A DNA stretch of 64,000 bases from an uncultured delta proteobacterium. Its GTDB lineage: Bacteria; Myxococcota_A; Polyangia; Polyangiales; Polyangiaceae. The notes under the pieces are model-generated. The model was not told the DNA's origin and made no database searches. It saw only the letters and a list, made by a program, of their open reading frames with translations. Shown one piece after another: positions 1 to 9,758 of the stretch (position 1 is the stretch's first letter; each line of letters starts with the position of its first letter). The translations under genes were made by a program, and so were the position numbers. Location: contig CAVOKF010000007.1 of the NCBI GenBank assembly GCA_963696385.1, positions 1,216,001 to 1,280,000 of the forward strand, read 5' to 3'.

Positions 1-119
1 GGGTACCGCTGCGGCGATCTATGCCCAATGGGCGCGCGGCTGGGTGCAGAACGGCGCGACCCTCGTCGGCGGGTGCTGCGGTACTGGACCTGCGCACGTC
101 TCCCGGCTCGCGCGAATTT

Positions 120-1268
120 TCAACGAACGTTCCTGACGTCCACGCGACCGTAGTCGTACGCCACCTCTCGAAAGAACCATCCGTGAGCGTCACCCCCGCG
201 CACGCGAACGTGACGGTCCGGCCCCGCGACCAAAACGACCTCGGGGATCGATTGCCCGGTGTCGACCTGCGCGAGCGTCCGGAGCTCGTCCGCCAGAGCG
301 CGCGCAACGCCCACGGCGCATCGTGCGTCCGGGTCTCTGCCGACGCAGCCACCCGACAGCGTGAGCTCGACGTTCGCCGCGGGGCGCCACGTCCATGCGC
401 GAGCCACCGAGCACGGAGCCGGCGCGGGCGGCGGCCCGCACGCGACGCCGCCGAGCGCGTCGAGAGGCGGCGAGCGCAAGCGTGACGTGTTCGCCAGTCG
501 TTCGAACGCCGGCCCGAGCTTGACGTCGAGCCGTACCTCGGCCTCATTTCGAGGCCCGGCACAGCAACGAAAGCCCGTAACGGCCGACCGCTCCCCGGGA
601 GGCATCGGACGCCCGTACGCGCAGCGCGTGACGCGCTCCCCCGCCGAGTCGTTGCCGCCCCGCACGACCCCCAGATTGTCGTGACCGCCGCGCCCCCATC
701 GGGAGGCGGTCCATTCCGATGCACCCGCGTGCATGTCGGCAACGCCGAACGGGCTGCGGCACGCAGGCCGCTGACCACTGGGCCTGCGCGACGCGACGTC
801 GGCCGGGACCCCGGCCCCGCAGGGACGCGCGTCGTAGACAGCGCCGTACTCGTAGCGGTCGTTGTCCGGGCCCTTGCACGCCCGCTCCCATTCGAGTTCC
901 GAGCAGAGTCTTTTGCCCTTTTCTTCGCACAACCGCTTGGCCTCTTCGCGCGTCACGTTCGTCGTTGGAATGGCGCCGGCCTCGTTGGGCCAGGCGAGCG
1001 CGTCGATGTAGAAGCCGGCCATCGGGACCTCGACTTCGGGCAGTTCGGCGTCCGCGATACGAGGAACGTCGTCGATCGCACTGCCAGCGCGGAGCAATCC
1101 CGAGGGGATCCAGGCCATCCCCGCCCGAGCCGCCCCGGGCGTCACGGCGCTCGGAGCGCTGACCATCGGTCCGCCGGTGCGAGTGGCGCCGTCGGTCGCG
1201 CGAGACTTGCCGCACGCGGCGACGAGCACTGCGGCCACCGCGAGTGCCGCCACGCTCGCCCGGTCCAT
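120..1268 (-). CDS. Formylglycine-generating enzyme (SUMF1/FGE-sulfatase) domain lipoprotein
   Basis: Lipobox LVAAC; FGE-like motifs CEEKGKRLCSELEWERACKG, SPFGVADMHAGASEW, VVRGG, GFRCC. Confidence 0.75.
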   Translation of the reverse strand: MDRASVAALAVAAVLVAACGKSRATDGATRTGGPMVSAPSAVTPGAARAGMAWIPSGLLRAGSAIDDVPRIADAELPEVEVPMAGFYIDALAWPNEAGAIPTTNVTREEAKRLCEEKGKRLCSELEWERACKGPDNDRYEYGAVYDARPCGAGVPADVASRRPSGQRPACRSPFGVADMHAGASEWTASRWGRGGHDNLGVVRGGNDSAGERVTRCAYGRPMPPGERSAVTGFRCCAGPRNEAEVRLDVKLGPAFERLANTSRLRSPPLDALGGVACGPPPAPAPCSVARAWTWRPAANVELTLSGGCVGRDPDARCAVGVARALADELRTLAQVDTGQSIPEVVLVAGPDRHVRVRGGDAHGWFFREVAYDYGRVDVRNVR

Positions 1269-1269
1269 G

Positions 1270-2694
1270 TCATTCGCCTTTCTCGCTCGACCCCTCGCGA
1301 AGCCCGAGCTCCTTCATTTTGAGCTGCAGGCCCTTGCGTGAAATCTTGAGAAGCCGGGCGGCGTGGGTGACATTGCCGCTGGTCTGCTTGAGGGCACGGC
1401 TGACGAGCTCCTTCTCGAGCCGGCTCATCGCGACCTTGACGTGCTCTTTCAATCCCCCCTCGCTCGCCAAGGCGGCCTGCAACTCGACCTCGGCAAGAGG
1501 GACGTTGGCCGTTGGGGGGACACCGCGCACCTCAGGCGGTAGATTGCTCGCGCGCAACTGTTGGGTGTCGGAAAAGAGAACGGCTCTCTCGATGACATTT
1601 TCGAGCTCACGAATGTTGCCGGGCCACGGGTACTGGACCAGAAGGTCGCGCGCGTCGGCTTCGACCCCCTCGACGCGCTTGCGCAACCGTTCGTTGAATT
1701 TCGCCAAGAAGTGCTCGACCAATAGCGGGATATCGCTCGTGCGATCCCGCAGCGCCGGAAGTCGAATCGGCACGACGTTGAGCCGATAGAACAAATCCTC
1801 GCGAAAGACCCCCGAGGCGATGAGCTTCTTGAGATCTCGGTTCGTCGCGGCGACGAGTCGCACGTCGACGCGAATCGTCTTGATCCCTCCGACGCGCTCG
1901 AACTCGCTCTCCTGCAGTGCGCGAAGAAGCTTGACCTGCATCTCGATCGGAATCTCGCCGATCTCGTCGAGGAACAAAGTTCCGCCATTCGCGAGTTCGA
2001 ACCGACCCGGCTTGCTCGTCACCGCTCCGGTGAACGCGCCGCGCTCGTAGCCGAAAAGCTCGCTCTCGATGAGCTCCTTCGGAATCGCGGCGCAATTGAC
2101 TTTGATGAATGGCTTGTCCCTCCGGGCGGAATGCTCGTGAAGAGCCCGCGCAACGAGTTCCTTGCCCGTGCCGCTCTCGCCGGTGATGAGCACGGTCGTC
2201 GGCGTGTCGGCCACCCGTTCGAGGATCGCGTAGAGCTCCGCGATGCCCGGCGATCCTCCGATGATGCCGAAGCGTGCGCCACGTGAGGCGGGAGTCGGCG
2301 TCGCGTCGTGACCCCGGAGCTCGCGTGTGCGAAGGGCCTTCGTGACGATCTGGCGGATTTCGTCCTTGTCGAAAGGCTTGGTCACGAAGTCGAAGGCACC
2401 GGTCTTGAGCGCTTCGACGGCGGTGTCGATGGTTCCGTGCGCCGTGACCAAGATGACCGGCAGCTCTGGCTCCTCTTCGAGGGCCTTTTTGAGAAGAGTC
2501 ATGCCGTCGACCTTGGGCATCTTGAGATCGGTGATGACCAGGTCGATGTGGTGCTCTCGAAGCAGAGCCAGCCCTTGCTCGCCGTCTTCGGCGGTCAGCA
2601 CGTCGTATCCATCGCGAGTCAGCTGGGCGGACAGAATCTTCCGCAGGTTCGGCTCGTCGTCGACGATCAGGACCTGCTTTCGCTCAGGAATCAT
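1270..2694 (-). CDS. Sigma-54-dependent response regulator (NtrC/AtoC family)
   Basis: REC domain (LIVDDE, DLKMP), GESGTGKE Walker [26 protein letters not shown]-terminal Fis-type HTH. Confidence 0.95.
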   Translation of the reverse strand: MIPERKQVLIVDDEPNLRKILSAQLTRDGYDVLTAEDGEQGLALLREHHIDLVITDLKMPKVDGMTLLKKALEEEPELPVILVTAHGTIDTAVEALKTGAFDFVTKPFDKDEIRQIVTKALRTRELRGHDATPTPASRGARFGIIGGSPGIAELYAILERVADTPTTVLITGESGTGKELVARALHEHSARRDKPFIKVNCAAIPKELIESELFGYERGAFTGAVTSKPGRFELANGGTLFLDEIGEIPIEMQVKLLRALQESEFERVGGIKTIRVDVRLVAATNRDLKKLIASGVFREDLFYRLNVVPIRLPALRDRTSDIPLLVEHFLAKFNERLRKRVEGVEADARDLLVQYPWPGNIRELENVIERAVLFSDTQQLRASNLPPEVRGVPPTANVPLAEVELQAALASEGGLKEHVKVAMSRLEKELVSRALKQTSGNVTHAARLLKISRKGLQLKMKELGLREGSSEKGE

Positions 2695-2847
2695 GCGCTG
2701 AAGTTACGTCAACGCGGGACGCGGATCGAACGCAACCGTCGGTGCGGCTTGTCCGCCCGGCGTACCGCGACCGCGCGACTCGCTTGGCCCGGGCTCATTC
2801 GCGTGAGACGCCGCAGGCGTACCCAGCGTAGCGGGATACCGTCCGAC

Positions 2848-2964
2848 GGGGCGCTGTACTAAGACGGCTTCCTTGGTGGGGCTTCGCCCCAAACCCCCAA
2901 TCGCCTCCCGGCGATTGAAGTACACCGCCCGGCTGATCCCTTTGTTCTGGGGCGGTGTACTAAG
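2848..2964. repeat. REP/MITE-like structured element
   Basis: Direct repeat GGGGCG(C/G)TGTACTAAG at 2848-2863 and 2949-2964 enclosing three hairpins (2878-2890, 2898-2917, 2919-2961). Confidence 0.55.
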
Positions 2965-3928
2965 CCAGCCGTTCGCCGAGATACTTTTCCAACTTCACGA
3001 TGGCATCCGTAAACCCCGCGATGCCTTCGGCAAGCTTGTCGTGAGCCATGGCGTCGCTGGCGTGCATCTTTCGGAACGCCGCTTCATCGACGACGATGCG
3101 CTCCACGGGGGTACGCCGTGCTTTCTCCGGGTCCAACTTGCGCGGAAGATCGCCGGTGCGCTCGGCCAGTTCCTGAAGCAGACTCGGCGCGATCGTCAGG
3201 AGGTCGCACCCGGCGAGCTCGGTGATCTCGCCGAGATTTCGGAAGCTCGCGCCCATCACCTGAGTCTTGTACCCGAAGTATTTGAAATAATTGTATATTC
3301 TAGTGACTGACTGCACCCCGGGATCCTGATTGGCCTCGTACGAGCTCTTGCCGGTCGACTTCTTGTACCAATCGAGAATCCGGCCCACGAACGGCGAAAT
3401 GAGCGTGACGCCGGCCTCGGCGCAGGCGATGGCCTGATGAATCCCGAAGAGGAGCGTCAAATTGCAATGAATGCCCTCGCGCTCGAGCGCCTCGGCGGCG
3501 CGTATGCCCTCCCAGGTCGACGCGATTTTGATGAGCACCCGGTCGCGCTTCGTCCCCGCCGCCTCGTATTGCGCGATGAGAGAGCGCGCCTTTTCGATCG
3601 TCTTTGGGGTGTCGAACGAGAGACGTGCATCCACTTCGGTCGACACTCGCCCATCGATGATCCCGAGGATGTGCAGCCCGAACTGGACGTTGAGGCGGTC
3701 CAAGGCGCGATCCAACATCGCACGTCGGTCGGCGCCGCTCTCTTTCTTGGCCCACGCGAGCGACTCGTCGACGAGCGGGGCGTACTCGCTCATCTGCGAC
3801 GCCGCCATCACGAGAGACGGGTTGGTCGTCGCGTCCCGCGGCCTGAACTTCCGGATGGAATTGAAGTCGCCCGTGTCGGCGACGACTACGGTCACCTTCG
3901 AGAGTTGATCGAGAAGGGACTGCGCCAT
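2960..3928 (-). CDS. tal: Transaldolase
   Basis: [40 protein letters not shown] (Schiff-base Lys), CNLTLLF, SPFVGRI; start placed at MAQSLLDQL. Confidence 0.96.
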   Translation of the reverse strand: MAQSLLDQLSKVTVVVADTGDFNSIRKFRPRDATTNPSLVMAASQMSEYAPLVDESLAWAKKESGADRRAMLDRALDRLNVQFGLHILGIIDGRVSTEVDARLSFDTPKTIEKARSLIAQYEAAGTKRDRVLIKIASTWEGIRAAEALEREGIHCNLTLLFGIHQAIACAEAGVTLISPFVGRILDWYKKSTGKSSYEANQDPGVQSVTRIYNYFKYFGYKTQVMGASFRNLGEITELAGCDLLTIAPSLLQELAERTGDLPRKLDPEKARRTPVERIVVDEAAFRKMHASDAMAHDKLAEGIAGFTDAIVKLEKYLGERLA

Positions 3929-3993
3929 GGTCGACCCAGGATAGGTGCAGCCTCGCGAAGCGCAAGCCATCCCATGCGGGGAGACGGCCATCG

Positions 3994-5544
3994 TCACGGG
4001 TCACGTTGGAGACCCCGAGCGACCCCATCGGCTGCACGCGCGTCATCGGTGCGTCCTTCGTGACGCAGGACAATCGCCAGATTGGCGAAAGCCCGGGCGT
4101 AACGAGGGTCGACCGCAAGCTCTTCGCGGATCTCGCGCTCGGCTTCAGCCCATCGCGCGCTCGCCATATAGATGACGGCCATGTTGTTGTGCACGACGTC
4201 GATCGCTCCGAGGTCGATGGCGGTCTGATACTCCGAAAGCGCGCGCTCGTCGTCGCCCCTGGCCTGGTACATCCGCCCCATACACACGTGGGCGAGCGGC
4301 GCGTGCGGCGCGAGGTCGACGGACGCACGCGCGAAGGCCGGCCCATCGCGAAACGCCGACGCGGTTCCTAGGGCCACGGCACACGACGCCAGGACCGTAA
4401 CCCCACCGAACGCCGCGACGACGCGGCGCTCGACGGAGACAGCGCGTACGATCTCGGCGACCGCGATGAGCACGCCGCACGCCGGAAGATACAGGCGATG
4501 ATGGCATACCAACGTTCCGGGGACGGCGAGTGCGGGAAGCGACCAGAGTGCGAAGGCGACGGCCCCAAAGAGGACGACCGGGCGCCGGACACCGGGGACG
4601 ACCCACGTGAGCAGCAAGACGATCGCCATCGCCACAAGGCCCAGGCCCACCGGCGCGTCGTCGACCACGCCGATGAGCGACGGACCGATGGGAAAGAGGA
4701 TTTCACCAAAGCCGGCCGGCACGAGACGGGCGTGGCGACCGAGTTCGCTCGCCATCGTGCGAAAGGGCAAGCCGCCGCCACCGCCCACACCCCACACGCT
4801 GAAGCGCGCGCCGAGGCATGCGGCCCAACCCAGAACGACGCTCAGAAGCGCGCGTGGCTGGTGCACGAGCCTCGCTCGCCGGCCCTCTATCATCGCGAGG
4901 TGCGCTCCGAAGACCAGCGGCAAGACCGCGGCGGTCTCTTTCGTCAACAGAGCAAGCCCGAAGAGGGTCACGTGACCGATGCGCGCGACCGACCGCGGGC
5001 GGCGCGCGTCGGAAAGGAAGGCGAGCCACGCCGCGAATACGAAGACGGCAAGCAGCGAATCGTTGCGGCCGGGAATCCAGGCCACAGCGCAGACGAGCCA
5101 CGGGTGGACCGCGAAGACGAGCGCGCCCAGCAACGCGACCAGACGGCCGAAGTCGAGTCGCAGAAACAGCGCGAAGCAGAGCACGCTGGCGAGGGCGTGA
5201 ACGAGCACGTTCGTCGCGTGATAGCCGAAGGGACGCGTGCCGCTCCATTGGGCGTCGATCACATACGAAACGACGACGATCGGTCGATAATAAGGGTGTT
5301 GCGGGTCGACCGCGTGCATGTAGGCGCGAGTGAATGCCCGCCAGACGCTCGACCATCGGGCCAGAAACGCTTGGTCGTCGACGATGAGGTCCCGGTCGTC
5401 GAGCTCCGTGAAGCCGAATGCCATGGAAGGCCCGTGCGCCACCAGAGCCGCCAGCGCGACGAGCGCGCCGGGGCCCCAACGCGCAGCGAAGAGCGACCGT
5501 GGAGCTGCCGGCCCAGCATGGAAAATTCGACCCAGCGTAGGCAC
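3994..5544 (-). CDS. Multi-pass membrane protein with C-terminal TPRs (TMTC-like GT-C glycosyltransferase)
   Basis: F..LDD loop, [41 protein letters not shown], then TPR helices. Confidence 0.7.
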   Translation of the reverse strand: MPTLGRIFHAGPAAPRSLFAARWGPGALVALAALVAHGPSMAFGFTELDDRDLIVDDQAFLARWSSVWRAFTRAYMHAVDPQHPYYRPIVVVSYVIDAQWSGTRPFGYHATNVLVHALASVLCFALFLRLDFGRLVALLGALVFAVHPWLVCAVAWIPGRNDSLLAVFVFAAWLAFLSDARRPRSVARIGHVTLFGLALLTKETAAVLPLVFGAHLAMIEGRRARLVHQPRALLSVVLGWAACLGARFSVWGVGGGGGLPFRTMASELGRHARLVPAGFGEILFPIGPSLIGVVDDAPVGLGLVAMAIVLLLTWVVPGVRRPVVLFGAVAFALWSLPALAVPGTLVCHHRLYLPACGVLIAVAEIVRAVSVERRVVAAFGGVTVLASCAVALGTASAFRDGPAFARASVDLAPHAPLAHVCMGRMYQARGDDERALSEYQTAIDLGAIDVVHNNMAVIYMASARWAEAEREIREELAVDPRYARAFANLAIVLRHEGRTDDARAADGVARGLQRDP

Positions 5545-5573
5545 CTCTTCGACCCCGCGGCTACCATAGCGGC

Positions 5574-6080
5574 GTGAAGCACCCGATCGTCATCCGACCC
5601 GCGGAGGAACGCGATCTGCCGCGTGTCGGACAACTCGCGGGCGACCTCGTGCGGATGCACCACCAAGCCGATCCGCAGCGTTTTTTGCTCGTCCAGAACG
5701 TCGAAACGGGATACGCGCAATGGCTCTCGCGCGAGAGGAGGCGGCCTGGGGCCGTCGTGCTCGTCGCGTGCTCGGACGGCACCGTCGTCGGATACGCGTA
5801 CGGAACCCTCGAGGGACGCGACTGGAATCTCTTATTGGATGCGCACGGGGTGGTGCACGATGTCTTCGTCGCCGTCGACTCGCGCCGTACGGGCGTCGGA
5901 CGCGGGCTCCTGACGTCGATGGTGGAAGCGCTCGAGCGGCTCGGAGCGCCACGGATCATCCTGTCGACCATGGTCGGAAACGAGTCCGCGCAGCGCCTTT
6001 TCCGAGCGTCCGGATTTCGTGCCACCATGCTGGAGATGACGAGAGACTGCGCGCGATCCCGCGACGGATCCAGCGGCTGA
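5574..6080 (+). CDS. GNAT family N-acetyltransferase
   Basis: IRPAEERD start; acetyl-CoA motif VFVAVDSRRTGVGRGLL; NESAQRLFRASGF. Confidence 0.9.
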   Translation: MKHPIVIRPAEERDLPRVGQLAGDLVRMHHQADPQRFLLVQNVETGYAQWLSRERRRPGAVVLVACSDGTVVGYAYGTLEGRDWNLLLDAHGVVHDVFVAVDSRRTGVGRGLLTSMVEALERLGAPRIILSTMVGNESAQRLFRASGFRATMLEMTRDCARSRDGSSG

Positions 6081-6168
6081 GTGGCGAGCGGGCGGGCCGT
6101 GCCTTCGCGCGGCACCGCGCGCCCGACACGTCGGTGCCTTGTAACCGCTTTGCTGCCGGTCATATTCG

Positions 6169-8283
6169 ATGCCGATGATCCGTGCGACGTCGGTCCGGCC
6201 GCGGCGGCAATACTGGAAAGCGAAAGCCCGCCGGGGCCTCGTAGCCTTGGCGTGGACTCCTTCGCTCGGCTGCGGCAACGTACCCCGAATCGTTCTCGGG
6301 CAGGCGCCTCCCTCGGCCACCGACGCGGGGTCCGACGCGCAGGCTGAGGCAGCGTCCGACGCGGGGGCCGATGCCCAGGCTGAAGCAGGGACCGACGCGG
6401 GGGCGTGCGCCACGCCAACGGGCCCCTCCGTGACGCTCGAGACGAGCGGGACCGCGTTCACGCTGTCGAACACCCTCGTGACGATGACGATCGATGCAAC
6501 GGGTCAGGTGACGGGGCTCGTGAAGAACGGCACGCCGCTCATGGCCGAAGGCCAGACGCTCTACGTCTCGTCGGAGGACGCGACCGCGGGGGACGCGAGC
6601 GGCACCACGGAACGCAAAATCAGCGCGACGACGCAGACCATCGTGGTTCGAACCCCCGAGCGAGTCGAGCTCTCGTTCATCGACACGAATGGATCGATGA
6701 ATTGGGATCTGCATTACGTCATGCAGGCGGGCCTCAGCGGGTTTTATTATTTTCTCATCGCCGATACGATGAATAAGGCACCCATTACGCTGCCTGAGCT
6801 CCGTACCGTCCAACGCTTCGACGCGACGATCGTGTCGAACGGATTCAACGCGGAGCGGTACGGGCAGCTCCCGACCAACGCGGAACAAATGGCGATGTTG
6901 ACCGCGGACGAACTTCAAGACGATACGTGGAATCTCGGCATGTTGCTGCCGGGCACACCGGCGCCTGAGGGGCCCGTTTTTACCCAATACGATTGGGCGA
7001 CGTACGTCGCAGAAGACTGGGCGGGGTCGAGCATGCTTCCGATGACGACGCCGCCCGCCGCCGGCCACGGCCTCTACGGCAACGGCTTCGGCGTATGGCT
7101 ACTGACCGCGAGCCCTGAATATTACCCCGGCGGCCCGCTGAAACAGGAGCTGATGATCGATGACGGCAACACGATACTCAACATGTATAATGGCACCCAT
7201 TTCGGGACGGACATCACGGCGCAGACACCGGCCAACTGGCAGAAATTTTATGGTCCTTCGCTCGTCTACGTGAACACCGGGACCGATGCGCAAGTCATGA
7301 CCGACGCGGCCATGCAGGCCGCGTTCGAAAGGGCGCACTGGCCGTATTGCTGGGTGAACAGCCCGCCCACGCCCCTCGACGCGGGCTCCACCGACGCCGC
7401 GGCGATCGCGAACGCTCTTTATCCGACCGAGCGAGCCGTCGTCAAAGGAACGGTGACGGTCACCCACGGGCGATCGGCCGCCCATGCCATGGTCGTCCTC
7501 GCCGACCCCACGGAGCTGTATTCGCAGACCTATGGGTACATGTACTGGGCAACGGCGGGGACGGACGGAAGCTTCTCGATTCCGAACGTGCGCCCGGGAA
7601 CGTACGCCGTGCACGTCTACGCGCAACAGGGCGACATTACGGCGGACCCCAACGGCGATGAGGTGGCGGACCCAGCGGTGACGGTCCCGCCGGGCGGCAT
7701 GGACCTGGGAACGGTCGCTTGGGACCCTGGCTATCACGCGAACCTACTGTGGTCGATTGGAACGTCCGACCGGACTTCCGGCGAGTTTCTCGTCTCGACC
7801 ACCGACGCCGGATCTCAGGTCGCCAACCAAACGCCCCGAGAGTATGGCCCATCGGCGACGGAAGGCCTGTGGGGCATCCCTCCGGCGACCCTCACCTACA
7901 CCATTGGGACCAGTTCGCCGGCCACCGATTGGTACTTCGCGCAGTCGCAGCTCGGCACGTGGAGCGTCGCCTTTGGTCTCGACGCCGCGGTCGCGGGCCA
8001 GGCCTATTTGACCATCGCGATCGCGGGCGTGTCCAACAATCCCCAGCTCACCGTGTCCGTCAACGGGAATTCCATCTACAGTCCCCCGGCGTTTGGCAAT
8101 GATCAAACGATCTACCGGAGCGCACTGACGAGCGGCCGATACCAGCTCGTGACGGTACCCTTTCCGGGTTCGTATCTTATCGTCGGCGGCCCCGCGGCGA
8201 ACACCGTGAGCTTCCAATTGGTGGCCGGGGGAACTCCAGGGCCTGGAATCATGTACGATTTCATCAAACTCGAGACCGACTAG
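6169..8283 (+). CDS. Rhamnogalacturonan lyase (polysaccharide lyase family 4, RhiE-like) lipoprotein
   Basis: Lipobox SLGC and DAG-rich linker; PL4 motifs GGPLKQEL, KFYGP..YVN, GSFSIPNVRPGTY, LWSIGTSDRTSGEF, GIMYDFIKLE. Confidence 0.85.
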   Translation: MPMIRATSVRPRRQYWKAKARRGLVALAWTPSLGCGNVPRIVLGQAPPSATDAGSDAQAEAASDAGADAQAEAGTDAGACATPTGPSVTLETSGTAFTLSNTLVTMTIDATGQVTGLVKNGTPLMAEGQTLYVSSEDATAGDASGTTERKISATTQTIVVRTPERVELSFIDTNGSMNWDLHYVMQAGLSGFYYFLIADTMNKAPITLPELRTVQRFDATIVSNGFNAERYGQLPTNAEQMAMLTADELQDDTWNLGMLLPGTPAPEGPVFTQYDWATYVAEDWAGSSMLPMTTPPAAGHGLYGNGFGVWLLTASPEYYPGGPLKQELMIDDGNTILNMYNGTHFGTDITAQTPANWQKFYGPSLVYVNTGTDAQVMTDAAMQAAFERAHWPYCWVNSPPTPLDAGSTDAAAIANALYPTERAVVKGTVTVTHGRSAAHAMVVLADPTELYSQTYGYMYWATAGTDGSFSIPNVRPGTYAVHVYAQQGDITADPNGDEVADPAVTVPPGGMDLGTVAWDPGYHANLLWSIGTSDRTSGEFLVSTTDAGSQVANQTPREYGPSATEGLWGIPPATLTYTIGTSSPATDWYFAQSQLGTWSVAFGLDAAVAGQAYLTIAIAGVSNNPQLTVSVNGNSIYSPPAFGNDQTIYRSALTSGRYQLVTVPFPGSYLIVGGPAANTVSFQLVAGGTPGPGIMYDFIKLETD

Positions 8284-8448
8284 GAAAAACCGGAGCCGCT
8301 GAAACAGCCTGAGTGGAAATGAACGCCGCAGGTGCACGCGCCTCACCCTGGGGGGCGGTTCGCGGACGTGGCTGGCGAGCCGGTCCCGGTCTCTCGGGTT
8401 GCCGGCGTGATCGATTTCAGCTTCCGGCGCATAGTACCGGGCGTGGTC

Positions 8449-9009
8449 ATGCGATTCGACGGAGCCTTGAGCATCCCATTCGTGGCGCCCCAGCAGCGTT
8501 CCGAGTGCGATCAGGTCCGCCTTCGCAAGGCGTTCGACCAGAACTTCGCGGGAGTCTGGCGTTTCCTGCGACGGATGGGCGTTCCCCACGATCGCGCCGA
8601 CGACGCAGCGCAGCAAGTCTTCCTGATTGCGCTCGAGGCATTGACGCGCATCTCCGAAGGAAGCGAGCGCGCGTTCATCTATGCGACGGCCGTGCGGTTG
8701 GCGCACGGCGTCCGTCGCAAAGGCGCGCGCGAGGTCGCCAGCGCGGCATTCGAGTGCGATCCGTCGCCGCTTCCGTCCCCCGACCAGCTCACGGACCAGA
8801 AGCGCTCTCGCGAGGTATTGGACGCCATCGTCACCAGCATGGATGTCGATATTCGAACGGTGTTCGTTCTCGCCGAATTCGACGGCTTCACGACCCCCGA
8901 GATCGCCGGCCTGCTGGAAATCCCTCTGGGTACCGCCGCGTCGCGGCTCAGGCGAGCGCGCGCGAAGTTCCAGGAACTGGCTCGAGCGGCCTACGGTGAC
9001 CTGCCATGA
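8449..9009 (+). CDS. ECF RNA polymerase sigma factor
   Basis: Region 2 VWRFLRRMGV..ADDAAQQVFL; region 4 VFVLAEFDGFTTPEIAGLLEIPLGTAASRLRRAR; start uncertain (ORF opens at 8332). Confidence 0.9.
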   Translation: MRFDGALSIPFVAPQQRSECDQVRLRKAFDQNFAGVWRFLRRMGVPHDRADDAAQQVFLIALEALTRISEGSERAFIYATAVRLAHGVRRKGAREVASAAFECDPSPLPSPDQLTDQKRSREVLDAIVTSMDVDIRTVFVLAEFDGFTTPEIAGLLEIPLGTAASRLRRARAKFQELARAAYGDLP

Positions 9010-9734
9010 ACGAAGCCCGACGACTCCTGGAGGCGGGCAGCGAACGCGAACGCGCGTTGCTGCGGGCGGGGGCTGACGAAAGGCCCAGCGCCACGAGCGT
9101 GCGCGCTGCCGCCCACCGACTGGGGCTCGCCCCGGCGGTGGCGCTCATCTCGGTCGGCTCGGCCGTCAAAGGCCTGCGATGGTCGTCGCGCATGGGCTAC
9201 GTGCTCGCGCCGACGCTGGGGATCGTGAGCTTGGGGTTGACCGCGCTTTATAGACTGTCGGCCCCTGCCCCGGCGGTGACCTCCGGAGTCGCCGCCACGT
9301 CGGTCGTCGCCGAGTCCCCCGGGCACACGACGTCGGCAACGAATGCCGCCGACCCCGCCGCGCAGCAAGCGCTCGCGAGTCCGGCAATGAACGCCCCGCC
9401 GCCAAGCATGGACTCCCCCGGGCTCACTCCAGCCCATCCCGCACAGCCGGCCACCGTCAGGCGTTCCGGGTTGAAGGAGCAGCTCGCCCTCATCGAACGC
9501 GCCCGCTCGCTCGAGGCGTCCGGCGACGCCGCCGCCGCGCTCCGCGCCGTCGAAGACTACGAACGCCGGTTCGCCGGCGGCGTTTTGGGCGAAGAGGCGT
9601 CCTTCATTCGCCTGCAGGCGGTCTCGGCGCTCGGCGACCGGGGTCGTGCGGTAGCTCTTGCTCAGCGATTCGTCGCCGAACACCCCACGAGCGTGTACGT
9701 CGACGGAGCGAAAGCGATTCTGCGAAGCCCGTAA
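9006..9734 (+). CDS. Putative anti-sigma factor-like membrane protein with C-terminal TPR-like domain
   Basis: ATGA overlap with the ECF gene; short N-terminal domain, one TM segment, Pro/Ala linker, helical C-terminus (LKEQLALIERAR..YERRFAGGVLGEEA..HPTSVY). Confidence 0.6.
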   Translation: MNEARRLLEAGSERERALLRAGADERPSATSVRAAAHRLGLAPAVALISVGSAVKGLRWSSRMGYVLAPTLGIVSLGLTALYRLSAPAPAVTSGVAATSVVAESPGHTTSATNAADPAAQQALASPAMNAPPPSMDSPGLTPAHPAQPATVRRSGLKEQLALIERARSLEASGDAAAALRAVEDYERRFAGGVLGEEASFIRLQAVSALGDRGRAVALAQRFVAEHPTSVYVDGAKAILRSP

Positions 9735-9758
9735 GGGTGTGCCCCCCCACGTAAGGGC

